Below the pieces are notes generated by a model that saw only the letters and a program-made list of their open reading frames with translations, was not told the origin of the DNA and did not search any database. This document shows positions 37,649 through 46,349 of a stretch of DNA of 64,000 bases, in pieces. Position numbers and translations under genes: made by a program. Positions within the stretch are counted from its first letter, which is position 1; every line of letters begins with the position of its first letter. Source of the stretch: a virus (Duplodnaviria > Caudoviricetes); IMG/VR virus record IMGVR_UViG_3300008113_000019, positions 32,001-96,000 of that record; one strand, 5' to 3'.

Positions 37649-38585
37649 CAGCGAACTCCACTGCAGTCTCGAGAGCCTTGGTCTTCAGGTTCTTGTTAGC
37701 ACCGTACCAAGCCGAAGCAAGACGCGTATCAGCGCTGCGACCGATCATGTGGTCAGTCATGAAGGTAACGGCGTTGAACGCCTGCCACCAGCTGCCTTCA
37801 GCAAACTCAGCGCCGGGCTGCTGATTCATGATCTCGAGAGCAATCTCAGCATTCTTGCTGAGTTCCTTCTTAGAACCAGAAACCGGGAAGATGCGAGTGA
37901 AGTAGTCAACGATCGACTCGTCGTTATAACGCTTCGAACCGAGGTAAGCAGCCATTTCCTTGTACTTGGCAAGCTTTTCCTTAGCAACACCAAGAGTTTC
38001 CTTGACCAGTTCAGCGTCAAACTCACGACGGTGGCTGACCTTGACGATCTTGCTCGATTGAGTATTCAGCGACAGAGTCAGAGTGTTGTTGCAAACCACA
38101 CGAATCGGAGTGAAGCGGACGTCGATCGACCAGCCATACTTGTGCGGATTCGTGAAGAGGAGGTAGGATTCAACGGTATCGCCATTGAACAGTTCGAAGC
38201 TTTCCTTGACCTTCGCAAGGGCCCAGACAAGCTGGCCGTCACGAAGCGAACCGGCAGTGTGCATTTCCATTTCGCCGGCAGCAACGAAGTCGTTGAAGAG
38301 CTCGAAAGCCTTTTCATTCTGGTTCGGAATCCAGTCATTCGTGATCACGTCGAGGACCTTATTGTCGATGTCACGAACCAGAGCCGAACGGCCGATGTCG
38401 ACCTGCTTACCACCGATTTCGGCAAAGGCAGGAATCGGAGTGACGGTCCAGTCAAGACCAGCAGCCTTGAGCATCTGATCCGGAGTCACATCGGCCGGAA
38501 CCTGAGTGCCGAGGCCGTGCCACGGAGTTTCACCAGCATAAGCCATCGAAGCCTTGCCATCGAGGAATTCAATCATATGTGCCAT
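37638..38585 (-). CDS. DUF932-family phage/plasmid protein
   Basis: MAH..E...MAYAGETPWHGLG, TAGSLRDG, TPIRVVCNNTL, W.AFNAVT. Confidence 0.88.
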   Translation of the reverse strand: MAHMIEFLDGKASMAYAGETPWHGLGTQVPADVTPDQMLKAAGLDWTVTPIPAFAEIGGKQVDIGRSALVRDIDNKVLDVITNDWIPNQNEKAFELFNDFVAAGEMEMHTAGSLRDGQLVWALAKVKESFELFNGDTVESYLLFTNPHKYGWSIDVRFTPIRVVCNNTLTLSLNTQSSKIVKVSHRREFDAELVKETLGVAKEKLAKYKEMAAYLGSKRYNDESIVDYFTRIFPVSGSKKELSKNAEIALEIMNQQPGAEFAEGSWWQAFNAVTFMTDHMIGRSADTRLASAWYGANKNLKTKALETAVEFADAV

Positions 38586-38610
38586 AATATAGTTTCCTTT
38601 TCAATTCAGA

Positions 38611-38775
38611 TTAGATAGACAGAGCTTGACGCTGATACTTGATTTCACGCATAAACTGATTCTGAGTTGCTTCGCTGAAGTCGAAGCCGTTGCATTCCAT
38701 TTCATCTTGAATGCGAAGAGCATCTTCGAGGCTGATTTCGAGCAACTTAGCAATTTCACGAGTGTAGTAGTTCAT
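38611..38775 (-). CDS. small early protein
   Basis: Start moved to MNYYTREI after GGAG RBS and early promoter. Confidence 0.7.
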   Translation of the reverse strand: MNYYTREIAKLLEISLEDALRIQDEMECNGFDFSEATQNQFMREIKYQRQALSI

Positions 38776-38799
38776 GACAATCTCCGTTTTGATATTCTC

Positions 38800-38830
38800 A
38801 GTATAGTCTATTTTCGAAATAATGTACACA
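38800..38830 (-). promoter_or_regulatory. early promoter
   Basis: GTGTACA-17 nt-TATACT with upstream A-tract. Confidence 0.8.
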
Positions 38831-38845
38831 ACTTTTTTTAAAAAA

Positions 38846-38947
38846 TTATGCGGGGAGAGTTTGCTGAACTTCCCACATGGTGCAGATGAGGAACACAAAA
38901 GCACCGAAAGCGAGCGAGTAAAGAATGTTAGTCCGAGTCATGTTCAT
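38846..38947 (-). CDS. 33-aa single-pass membrane peptide (MNMTRTNILYSLAFGAFVFLICTMWEVQQTLPA)
   Basis: Below ORF-track cutoff; GGAG RBS and own early promoter. Confidence 0.65.
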   Translation of the reverse strand: MNMTRTNILYSLAFGAFVFLICTMWEVQQTLPA

Positions 38948-38965
38948 CTCCATTCGTTATTATTC

Positions 38966-38996
38966 ACTCTACGATATTTTCGAAATTATGTACACA
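38966..38996 (-). promoter_or_regulatory. early promoter
   Basis: GTGTACA-17 nt-TAGAGT. Confidence 0.78.
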
Positions 38997-39017
38997 GTTA
39001 TTTTCAAAAAAAACGCA

Positions 39018-39197
39018 TTAATATGCATTTAGGCCATGAGAAAATTCAAAACCGATCTCTTCAAGAGCTTCTGGACTCGCGGTCTCAAAGAACTCTTCAG
39101 GATAGCCGATGCAGTCCTCGGCTGGTGCAGCGAATACCTTGTGACCGATTTGGACAATCACAAGACCACTAGCAACGCTGTACTCTACGTGATTCAT
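39018..39197 (-). CDS. 59-aa hypothetical early protein (MNHVEYSVASG...)
   Basis: Read manually; ATGA overlap with the upstream gene. Confidence 0.65.
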   Translation of the reverse strand: MNHVEYSVASGLVIVQIGHKVFAAPAEDCIGYPEEFFETASPEALEEIGFEFSHGLNAY

Positions 39198-39382
39198 ACA
39201 GTCTCGACAATCTCAATTCGTTGAGCCTGCATATAGTACGCTGGTGCAACTGGCGAGGTATTGAAGCTGTTAACGTACTTCATACGCTCTTCAGCTTCTT
39301 CACGAGTATCATAGTCTTCGTGCCAAAAGTCTTGGCCCCAACCGCGTTCAGATTCCATAAGATGAAGTCGATACTTAAACAT
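39194..39382 (-). CDS. hypothetical early protein
   Basis: ESERGWGQ motif; coupled ORF. Confidence 0.75.
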   Translation of the reverse strand: MFKYRLHLMESERGWGQDFWHEDYDTREEAEERMKYVNSFNTSPVAPAYYMQAQRIEIVETV

Positions 39383-39585
39383 TATGCCTTCTCCATATAT
39401 TCAACCATGTTGTCGATGATCTTCTCAAAGTCATCATCCGGATGCAATGCATCATCTACACAAATATCATTGTAGAGGTCGGTCATAGTATCACGGATCT
39501 CTACGCCATAAGCGCCACAGATGGCTTCATAGATATAGGCGTGAGGATCATCCTGAGCAAGGATATATTCATACAACCGAGTCAT
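39382..39585 (-). CDS. hypothetical acidic early protein
   Basis: Coupled ORF (TAATG) with RBS. Confidence 0.72.
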   Translation of the reverse strand: MTRLYEYILAQDDPHAYIYEAICGAYGVEIRDTMTDLYNDICVDDALHPDDDFEKIIDNMVEYMEKA

Positions 39586-39767
39586 TACACTTCCTCCACA
39601 AAACCATGCGCCGCAGCATGATATTCCACGAGCTCTCGAGCTTCAGGAACACGAGAAATAATATCCTCCATCATACTCTCGAGGTATCCGAGTTTAAACG
39701 CAATATTAGCCGATTCAGAAGCTCCAAGTTCCTTAGCAATGTGATCGATAAGCTTTGCAATATACAT
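39585..39767 (-). CDS. hypothetical early protein
   Basis: Coupled ORF with RBS. Confidence 0.7.
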   Translation of the reverse strand: MYIAKLIDHIAKELGASESANIAFKLGYLESMMEDIISRVPEARELVEYHAAAHGFVEEV

Positions 39768-39769
39768 TC

Positions 39770-40060
39770 TTACATCTCCATCATAAGTTCATGAGCATGA
39801 CGCTCGGCAACAGCATTGTAGTTGGTACAGTCGCGGAAGATCACCTTAAACTTCATCATCTCGAGAGCAGGTTCGGCGAGACGAACAATCGAATACTTCG
39901 TCGGCGACTTTTCGTTGTAGTACTCGATGTAGATCCAGTCAATCAGGTCACCGGCAGCATTCCAGTCCTTCATGATCTTGACGACTTCACCACGGATGGT
40001 ACCAGCAGCCGATTCATAGCGGACGCGATCGCCGATGAGGATAGTCTTAGGATAAGCCAT
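39770..40060 (-). CDS. hypothetical early protein
   Basis: Start moved to MAYPKTIL after AAGGA RBS. Confidence 0.72.
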   Translation of the reverse strand: MAYPKTILIGDRVRYESAAGTIRGEVVKIMKDWNAAGDLIDWIYIEYYNEKSPTKYSIVRLAEPALEMMKFKVIFRDCTNYNAVAERHAHELMMEM

Positions 40061-40091
40061 GATCAATTCCTTTTTCACTGTTGATATAATC

Positions 40092-40122
40092 ATTCTACAG
40101 TATTTTAGATATTATGTACACA
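40092..40122 (-). promoter_or_regulatory. early promoter
   Basis: GTGTACA-17 nt-TAGAAT, extended TG. Confidence 0.8.
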
Positions 40123-40136
40123 GTTATTTTTGAAAA

Positions 40137-40322
40137 TTAGAGATAATTTTCGGTTTTAAATTGGAGGAGGATTTCGGGAGTGGTGAAGGTGATGGTGATA
40201 GTGGGAAGGTTGTTGTTGGGATTGTTGTTGTAGTTGATATTGGTGATGTGGGGGTAGTAAGGAGTGAGAGTGGTGAAGATGTTATGGTTATAGTCGAAAT
40301 CGAAGGTGATGGTGTTGGACAT
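40137..40322 (-). CDS. 61-aa Asn/Thr/Ile-rich early protein with a nearly guanine-free coding sequence
   Basis: Only 5 G in 186 nt; AAGGAG RBS, own promoter, upstream terminator. Confidence 0.75.
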   Translation of the reverse strand: MSNTITFDFDYNHNIFTTLTPYYPHITNINYNNNPNNNLPTITITFTTPEILLQFKTENYL

Positions 40323-40348
40323 GTTTTTTCTCCTTAGCTTACTTTACC

Positions 40349-40378
40349 ACCCTACATAGTTTTCAAAATTTTGTACAT
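40349..40378 (-). promoter_or_regulatory. early promoter
   Basis: TGTACA-17 nt-TAGGGT, extended TG. Confidence 0.7.
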
Positions 40379-40413
40379 AAAAAAACGCACTCCAGAAACC
40401 CAGAGTGCGTTTT
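40379..40413 (-). terminator. intrinsic terminator
   Basis: AAAACGCACTC/GAGTGCGTTTT stem followed by a T-run on the minus strand. Confidence 0.8.
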
Positions 40414-40435
40414 AGTTTTCAATGTAAAGAATGAC

Positions 40436-40981
40436 TTAGTATGCGGTATCGAAAAAGAACGTCTGGAACAATCTACCGTCTTCGAAGGTGGATCCAAAAT
40501 AATCTACAGATGCGTGGAACAGATTGCCGCGGTAGAGGATGATCCGGTTGTAGACGTTGCCAATCCTATCTACCTCTTCCCACTTAGTGTAGTCATAGGC
40601 CTCATAATCGGAGTCTACCTTTTCTCGATTGCCTGTGGCCTTGTGACGATATAATGCCGTACCACCGCTTGCTGGTGCATTCGGTGTAAGATAACATACA
40701 CCGGCCCACGTATTGAAGCTGTCAGCATGGATCCAGGTTCTATCCTGTGCCGTACACAACTGGAATGCACCGGTGTATCCGGACTCTTCATGCCAATTTG
40801 TCACCGGTCCTGCAGCTGCAACCAAATGGCTAATGGCATTTTTGATAGAGTCGTTCAACATCGGAGCCGTTCTTACACCAGGATAATTTCCTTTGAAGTT
40901 AAAAGGAAGGTTCAAAGCCATGGCCCGAACGGCATCAGGATCGTCGTAGAAGTTTTCGGCAATGACTAGATTGAGTTTCAT
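40436..40981 (-). CDS. 2OG-Fe(II) oxygenase-like protein (DUF6445-like)
   Basis: NFYDDPD.VR, YPG.RT, HAD (HxD), YL, GGT, FH, RL..TFF. Confidence 0.8.
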   Translation of the reverse strand: MKLNLVIAENFYDDPDAVRAMALNLPFNFKGNYPGVRTAPMLNDSIKNAISHLVAAAGPVTNWHEESGYTGAFQLCTAQDRTWIHADSFNTWAGVCYLTPNAPASGGTALYRHKATGNREKVDSDYEAYDYTKWEEVDRIGNVYNRIILYRGNLFHASVDYFGSTFEDGRLFQTFFFDTAY

Positions 40982-41652
40982 GTGTACAACCTATGATACG
41001 ATTTAACAAGGTCTGCAGCCTTTTCGATGTAGTTCGATGGCCGCTCGACGAAGACCTGAGCATCGATTTCATCGTCAATGCCGATCATGATTACGATGTC
41101 TTTGGCCGAGATACCAGTCATCTCCCAGAGCATATAGGCGTACAGACTTGCCTGTAGGAAGTATCCCTCGATCCATTCCTTCCTCTTACGCTTGGTCGAT
41201 GTCTTATAGTCGATGATTGAAAGTCTACCATCATAGTCAGCAATCAAGTCACACGTGCCAGCGATCTTAAGATGGTGGCTAAAGAGAGTGCACTCAGTAG
41301 CACGGATCATATCAACCTTCTCGTCAAGGACCATTTTGATTTGACGAAACATTGACATGTTGTACGGCATAGAGGTATCAACCTCCTCGCCGAGAATATA
41401 CTTTTCACACATTGTATGGATATTAGTACCGCGTGAAGCAGCTCGAGCCGAAACTCGGGCTGCTTCTTCCTCCCCAACTCTTTTTTTCCATTCGTTGAGT
41501 GCAGTCTTATCAGTCATTCTGCCGAGTACGGTAGTTACTGATGGATAGCGTTCTCCTGTCGGAGTCTCATAAAGCCGAGTTTCACCATCAATACGATTAA
41601 GTTGAGCGAACTCAATCAGATCGTGTTGAAAGTCTTTACGGTTGTAGTCCAA
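40978..41652 (-). CDS. PD-(D/E)XK exonuclease (Cas4/lambda-exo-like)
   Basis: YPSVTTVL, RGT..H, AG.CDLI, IIDYKTS, Q...YA; probable TTG start at 41652. Confidence 0.88.
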   Translation of the reverse strand: MDYNRKDFQHDLIEFAQLNRIDGETRLYETPTGERYPSVTTVLGRMTDKTALNEWKKRVGEEEAARVSARAASRGTNIHTMCEKYILGEEVDTSMPYNMSMFRQIKMVLDEKVDMIRATECTLFSHHLKIAGTCDLIADYDGRLSIIDYKTSTKRKRKEWIEGYFLQASLYAYMLWEMTGISAKDIVIMIGIDDEIDAQVFVERPSNYIEKAADLVKSYHRLYT

Positions 41653-42241
41653 GCTTCTGGCGAGCAATGATGTATTCCTTACAATTATCACCATGCCAGC
41701 GTTTGAAATTGCTGGCATCGACATTTTTACCACAGTGAGAACATGTTTTCTTAGTTCTATTTTTAGCACGTTCTCTTATTAATGTCAAGGTAGAATTTTT
41801 ATGATTTTTACCGTACATAGGATTTTTTTCACCTGACACGTCTGCATGATTTTTTGATATATTAGACTTGTGCTTCTCAGAAAACTTCACACCCTTTTTA
41901 GCCATACTGACCTTTGTTCCTATAATCTTTTTCATTTTATCCTGATTAGGAAGACCAGAAAAAACAAAACCACCTTGGCCGCCTTTGGCTATATTATAGC
42001 ACAGCGGATCTTTTAGGGCTTCTGTTGTTAATAGATTTTTTTCTTCAAAAATCATCTGCTCTTTCGTTTCATGAACAGATAATACTTCTTTTTTAAAATT
42101 TTCTAATCCGTACTTTTTAATAGCATTTTTAATTGCTAAACCAGAACCCATGTAGTTATCATTAAGATCTTGTGTTCCATGCATGCCAATATAGTATCTA
42201 TTGTTAATTAGATTAGTAATTTTATAAATGATGTAGAACAT
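41636..42241 (-). CDS. free-standing GIY-YIG homing endonuclease with NUMOD3 repeats (Seg-like)
   Basis: IIYKITN...YYIG.H, YMGSG, YNI..GG, NPMYGKNH; AT-rich; TATAAATA at 42266-42259. Confidence 0.88.
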   Translation of the reverse strand: MFYIIYKITNLINNRYYIGMHGTQDLNDNYMGSGLAIKNAIKKYGLENFKKEVLSVHETKEQMIFEEKNLLTTEALKDPLCYNIAKGGQGGFVFSGLPNQDKMKKIIGTKVSMAKKGVKFSEKHKSNISKNHADVSGEKNPMYGKNHKNSTLTLIRERAKNRTKKTCSHCGKNVDASNFKRWHGDNCKEYIIARQKLGLQP

Positions 42242-42285
42242 TTTTTCCTCCTACATTCTATTTATAAATTGCATGAACTAGATAC

Positions 42286-43044
42286 TTAGGACATTCCTAA
42301 TTTATGTCTAGCAACAATATATCTTTTAACAATAGAACTTCTTACAATATCTTCTATCTGAAAATCAACAAATTCAAATTCAGGGATGTTTTGCAGAATT
42401 TTCATGAAGTTAATAAGACCAGAATATTCTTTTCTTCTTTCAGAAGAAAGATCGTCTTGCCTAAAATCACCGCAAAAAATAATTCTACAGTTCTTACCAA
42501 TTCGGGTCATGACGCTATGCAATTCTTGATCTGTCATATTTTGACATTCATCTACGATCACATAACAGTTGTTCAATGTAGTACCACGAACAAACGAGGT
42601 ACTCATAAACTCGACTGCGTTCTTCTGCTTCAGGATGTCGTAAGCATCTCCACGTTCGAACAACTCGTTGCAGATAGCGTAGTAAGGTGCTTCATAGACC
42701 TTCATCTTCTCTTTCTGAGATCCTGGCAGGAATCCCATGTCACGAGTCGGAACAACAGAACGAATCACATAGATCTTTTCTTGATCACTCGTACCAGACA
42801 TCAAATCATTAATTGCCAGGTACATAGAAAGAAAAGTCTTGCCGGTACCTGCCATGCCGTGAAGCATCAGATGCTTACCGCGCTGGAAGGCTTCGAATGT
42901 TTTCTTTTGATTGTCTGTAAGTGGATGAACTCGTTTCAAATTAAAATTAGGAGAACTAAACGTAGGTTTATTACTCAGTAGTTCGTGTTCTCCGTTCTGT
43001 CTTAGAATACGCTTCTGTCTCTTGGTAAGTCTTGCCTCAGTCAC
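42286..43044 (-). CDS. phoH: PhoH-family ATPase
   Basis: GMAGTGKT, MGFLPG, RGTT, VDECQN, GD.RQ.DL, DIVRS. Confidence 0.95.
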   Translation of the reverse strand: MTEARLTKRQKRILRQNGEHELLSNKPTFSSPNFNLKRVHPLTDNQKKTFEAFQRGKHLMLHGMAGTGKTFLSMYLAINDLMSGTSDQEKIYVIRSVVPTRDMGFLPGSQKEKMKVYEAPYYAICNELFERGDAYDILKQKNAVEFMSTSFVRGTTLNNCYVIVDECQNMTDQELHSVMTRIGKNCRIIFCGDFRQDDLSSERRKEYSGLINFMKILQNIPEFEFVDFQIEDIVRSSIVKRYIVARHKLGMS

Positions 43045-43053
43045 GAATCATCC

Positions 43054-43353
43054 TTATTTTTTGTTTTTGGCTTTGTTAATGGCTTCGCGGGTTTTAGTAG
43101 CTTTGATACCCTTGTCTCCATACTGTTGACCAAGTGGAGAAGTTGGATTTGCGTTGCCAATCCTATTTAACAGGTCTTTAAATCCACCATCATTCTTGTG
43201 GGTGACACCAGCAATACCAGAGATAAGAGCTGGAGCGCCAATGACCAATTCAGCGTGTGGATTGTTCTTGAGATATTCTTCTCGACCAGATATTGAAAGG
43301 AACTCTTCCCAGGTTTCCCCGGTTTCTTTGTCCCTAAACTCATAGATTGGCAT
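43054..43353 (-). CDS. FmdB-like conserved T4-like protein
   Basis: MPIYEF start; usual position upstream of phoH. Confidence 0.7.
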   Translation of the reverse strand: MPIYEFRDKETGETWEEFLSISGREEYLKNNPHAELVIGAPALISGIAGVTHKNDGGFKDLLNRIGNANPTSPLGQQYGDKGIKATKTREAINKAKNKK

Positions 43354-43520
43354 TAATAATCTTCTTCGATTAGATCAAAAATTGCGTTTTTATTACGAGA
43401 GCGAAGTGCTGAACGAATTCGCTTCTCTTTCAGTTTAGAGCCATGATCTTCGTAATGATCTTCGAAGTGATCATCATCATAGCCATAGTACTTGTTATTA
43501 CGCTTGATTGACTTGCTCAT
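43353..43520 (-). CDS. 55-aa hypothetical protein (MSKSIKRNNKYYG...)
   Basis: Read manually; fills the gap with a coupled stop/start. Confidence 0.6.
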   Translation of the reverse strand: MSKSIKRNNKYYGYDDDHFEDHYEDHGSKLKEKRIRSALRSRNKNAIFDLIEEDY

Positions 43521-43929
43521 TGATTAGCCCTGGAAATGCTAGGTTAACGACTTTGGTGGAAATGGTACGAGGCAGCTTCTTGTCCTTGACTTTAATAAGA
43601 AGTTCGGCATCACGCTTGTCAATGGATTCAAGAAGATTAATAAACAGTGTTTCTCGTTTCAGGCGGGTAAGTTCTGGCTTGTTACCAAGAAGATAGATGT
43701 AGAGGGTACGAGCTTCTTGATGAAGACGGCCTTCAACATCAAGGTACTCACATGGCTTGTACGGAGGAGCTCCTTCTGGAATTTCCCATACAACACCGGG
43801 TGTAAGTGCCAGTTCAAGGATATAACGAAGCGTTGTAGAATCGTTGTCGCGAAGATACTGAGCTCGATCCTCTACGCTTTCGATCTTAGATGCTGTGTCG
43901 ATGATTTGTGCAATTGTTAGTCTTGGCAT
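43498..43929 (-). CDS. conserved T4-like hypothetical protein
   Basis: W.IPEG.PPY and KRE.LFI.LLE motifs; start moved to MPRLT. Confidence 0.8.
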   Translation of the reverse strand: MPRLTIAQIIDTASKIESVEDRAQYLRDNDSTTLRYILELALTPGVVWEIPEGAPPYKPCEYLDVEGRLHQEARTLYIYLLGNKPELTRLKRETLFINLLESIDKRDAELLIKVKDKKLPRTISTKVVNLAFPGLINEQVNQA

Positions 43930-43930
43930 A

Positions 43931-44782
43931 TTAAAACTCATTAATGCTTTCAAGGAGGTTCTTAAGGCGCTTTTCAATAAAGTAGTTGAAGAGCTTACCA
44001 CGTCCCTTGCCAGCCTGAGCCTCATACTCGGTGACAATTTCTGAACGCAGCTTTTCGGGAATGAAGTTCAAATCAACGAGCTGCTGATTGCGAAGATAAC
44101 CACGCAGCATGTTCTCGTCACAGAACTCGCGAGGGTCCATATTGATCCAGCTATCCAGCTTCTTCTGACTGAGTGGCTTCTGCCGACCGCCGATTACAAA
44201 CGTATTGTCGGCAGACAGGAAGTTAGGAATACCGTCACCGGTATCACCGCGCATGATGTGTTCCTTGACGAACCGATCAGGATCGTTAGTGGTACGCCAC
44301 TTCTTCTGAACCGGATCGTACTGCTTGACATTCATGTACTTCTGCAGCTGGACGAAGTCCTTGTCACCAGACATGATCAGGATCTTTTCAGAGGTATCTC
44401 CGAACGCATCGACAAGAGTACCAATGATGTCATCGGCTTCGGCGCCATCAACCTGAATCACACGATAGGGGAAGTATTCCTTGAGTTCCTCACGAACCTT
44501 GCCCAGAGTGTCAAAGATCTGAGCCCAGTTGAGTTCGGACTTCTCACGGTTCTTACGGCGGTTGGCCTTGTAGTACGGAAAGATTTGCTTGCGCCAGTTA
44601 TTACCAGCATCACACGCAATGATCATCTCACCGTATTCGTTCTTGAACTTCTGATTATACGAACGAATCGAGTTAAGGATCATATGACGAAGAAGATCTT
44701 CTTCGAGTTCTGTATTTGTATGGTTTCCAAGTTGAACCATTAGGTTGGAAATCATCACCTGCGACAAATCAACAATAATCAT
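43931..44782 (-). CDS. rnh: T4-type RNase H / 5'-3' exonuclease
   Basis: WRK.IFPYYK.NR, EADDIIG, SGDKDF.QL, GD.GDGIPN. Confidence 0.95.
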   Translation of the reverse strand: MIIVDLSQVMISNLMVQLGNHTNTELEEDLLRHMILNSIRSYNQKFKNEYGEMIIACDAGNNWRKQIFPYYKANRRKNREKSELNWAQIFDTLGKVREELKEYFPYRVIQVDGAEADDIIGTLVDAFGDTSEKILIMSGDKDFVQLQKYMNVKQYDPVQKKWRTTNDPDRFVKEHIMRGDTGDGIPNFLSADNTFVIGGRQKPLSQKKLDSWINMDPREFCDENMLRGYLRNQQLVDLNFIPEKLRSEIVTEYEAQAGKGRGKLFNYFIEKRLKNLLESINEF

Positions 44783-44788
44783 GATAAA

Positions 44789-45139
44789 TTACTCTTCATC
44801 CTTTGGGAATTTATAAGTGTACGAAACGCTATTGTCTTCATTATAATTAAAATCAAAAATAGTATCAACCATCTCATGGAAAGAATGCGGAAGTTTGTAT
44901 TGACGACTTACCATGGACTTGATTGATTCCATGATCATGGCGACGTCTTTAATGTATTCATCTGAGTTGATGTCAAGACCATAAGAACCAAACATATGGA
45001 TGAGATCCGGAATGAGATCCATCATCACACCCTCTACGTGTTCTTTTCGGTTCTGAGTGACCTGATCGACGATCTCTTCTAGAGACTGAGGAGGGGAATC
45101 TTTTTTGAATCCAGGAAAGAGAACAACGTTGTCTGTCAC
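44789..45139 (-). CDS. hypothetical protein
   Basis: GTG start coupled to upstream stop; DNVVLFP motif. Confidence 0.7.
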   Translation of the reverse strand: MTDNVVLFPGFKKDSPPQSLEEIVDQVTQNRKEHVEGVMMDLIPDLIHMFGSYGLDINSDEYIKDVAMIMESIKSMVSRQYKLPHSFHEMVDTIFDFNYNEDNSVSYTYKFPKDEE

Positions 45140-46218
45140 TTGACTACCCTTAGCAGAATGCATTCTTGGTTGAGTCGACCATTAGGCTTGCTTTCCGTGG
45201 TCTTTATATTTGACATAAACGACCTCAGACCAACCTTGCCGGCTGACAAGAGTGCCGTCAGGGATTCTCCGGGCTTTCGTAGAGTCTTCGATGTACTGGA
45301 TTCTACATCCCATCCAGTAAGAGTCGTTCCCTTGACTTGAATACCCGCAGGTCCCACTGCTAGGTACTGAGTCAGCTTGCGATACTTGGTGTTGTACACC
45401 CATAGCTGTTGACATCCAATAATTTCGGCCGGATGAACCGACACAATCTTCAGAGAAGGTTCTTCCTTCTGGAACTTCAGGTTCTTCACCAGGTCGACGG
45501 CCGACTTGACCTTCTTCTCTCGTGGCTTACGGACCTTCACCGCCTTCTTATTATTTATATATCGATCGATTAAAAGTACAAACTCTTCCCAGTACTTTTT
45601 GAGGCGAGCACGAGACTTCTTCATTGCAGGAGTATCATATTCATCCGGCTCATGATCGTCTGCATGCTTTGAGTAGTACTCACGGATTGCGTTTGCTGCC
45701 TGAGGTGACACTTCTTTGGCAACAAGCCAATCATACACATTGAAGTCAGGAACGGTGTCAATGGCTTCTTCGCAGGCAGTAATCAGATTGTGAATCTTAG
45801 ACTGTACACGATCCTGGATGCTCACAGCCGGCTTTGGCGATTCGTCTACTTCCTCACGAATCGCCGATGCCAACCGGACCAGCTCCTTGACGCTATTGTC
45901 AAAGTAGTCGAGATTCTTCTGCGGCAGCTCGTTTCCGTTCATGATGATACGAGCAATATTGCCAAGAGTCTTTGAGATCTTGTACTTTGGAAGCCGACGC
46001 AGAGCAGACACATCACTCTTGGTATACGTCTTCTTGACATACGTGAAGAACCAGTCTCGCGACTGGTCATCATCACTCATATAGTTGTACCAGTTCAGAG
46101 CATCACCAAGGTTGGTTACCTGAATCGGTTCAGGACCGTAAGCCCTTTCATCCAAGGTCTTGATAGCCGACCGAGACATCTGCTTCGGCTTCGGCTTGGT
46201 CTTAATCTTGATAGCCAT
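45136..46218 (-). CDS. conserved T4-like hypothetical protein
   Basis: ALNWYNY, LWVYNTKYRKL, KTLRKP, NGRLN motifs. Confidence 0.8.
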   Translation of the reverse strand: MAIKIKTKPKPKQMSRSAIKTLDERAYGPEPIQVTNLGDALNWYNYMSDDDQSRDWFFTYVKKTYTKSDVSALRRLPKYKISKTLGNIARIIMNGNELPQKNLDYFDNSVKELVRLASAIREEVDESPKPAVSIQDRVQSKIHNLITACEEAIDTVPDFNVYDWLVAKEVSPQAANAIREYYSKHADDHEPDEYDTPAMKKSRARLKKYWEEFVLLIDRYINNKKAVKVRKPREKKVKSAVDLVKNLKFQKEEPSLKIVSVHPAEIIGCQQLWVYNTKYRKLTQYLAVGPAGIQVKGTTLTGWDVESSTSKTLRKPGESLTALLSAGKVGLRSFMSNIKTTESKPNGRLNQECILLRVVK

Positions 46219-46342
46219 CGGTATCCACCTTCTTTACACGACGAAACGATCCCTTGCCTTTCTTGGCAGGGATCGCTTTAGGCTTATTCACCCGGCCGAC
46301 TGCCCGAGCAATAGGATTTCGAGATTTGAGTTTCTGTTTCAT
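46202..46342 (-). CDS. 46-aa ArfA-like basic peptide (MKQKLKSRNPIARAVGRVNKPKAIPAKKGKGSFRRVKKVDTDGYQD)
   Basis: Read manually; KKGKGSFxR matches the ArfA KKGKGSYxR signature; ATG 7 nt after the -10 box. Confidence 0.7.
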   Translation of the reverse strand: MKQKLKSRNPIARAVGRVNKPKAIPAKKGKGSFRRVKKVDTDGYQD

Positions 46343-46349
46343 AATATTC

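Noticed and set aside
37575-38618. 347-aa plus-strand ORF
   Set aside because: Antisense shadow of the DUF932 gene, explained by its biased codon usage.
40176-40294. AAC-rich tract as a DGR template repeat or simple microsatellite
   Set aside because: No matching variable repeat or reverse transcriptase in the window, no fixed period, and it has promoter, RBS and an open frame. A partner outside the window cannot be excluded.
40978-41769. Cas4-like nuclease as evidence of a CRISPR system, and its 263-aa extended start
   Set aside because: Stand-alone exonuclease usual in T4-like phages; no array or other cas genes. The extension overlaps the homing endonuclease and is probably not translated.
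42304-42981. 225-aa plus-strand ORF
   Set aside because: Antisense shadow of phoH.
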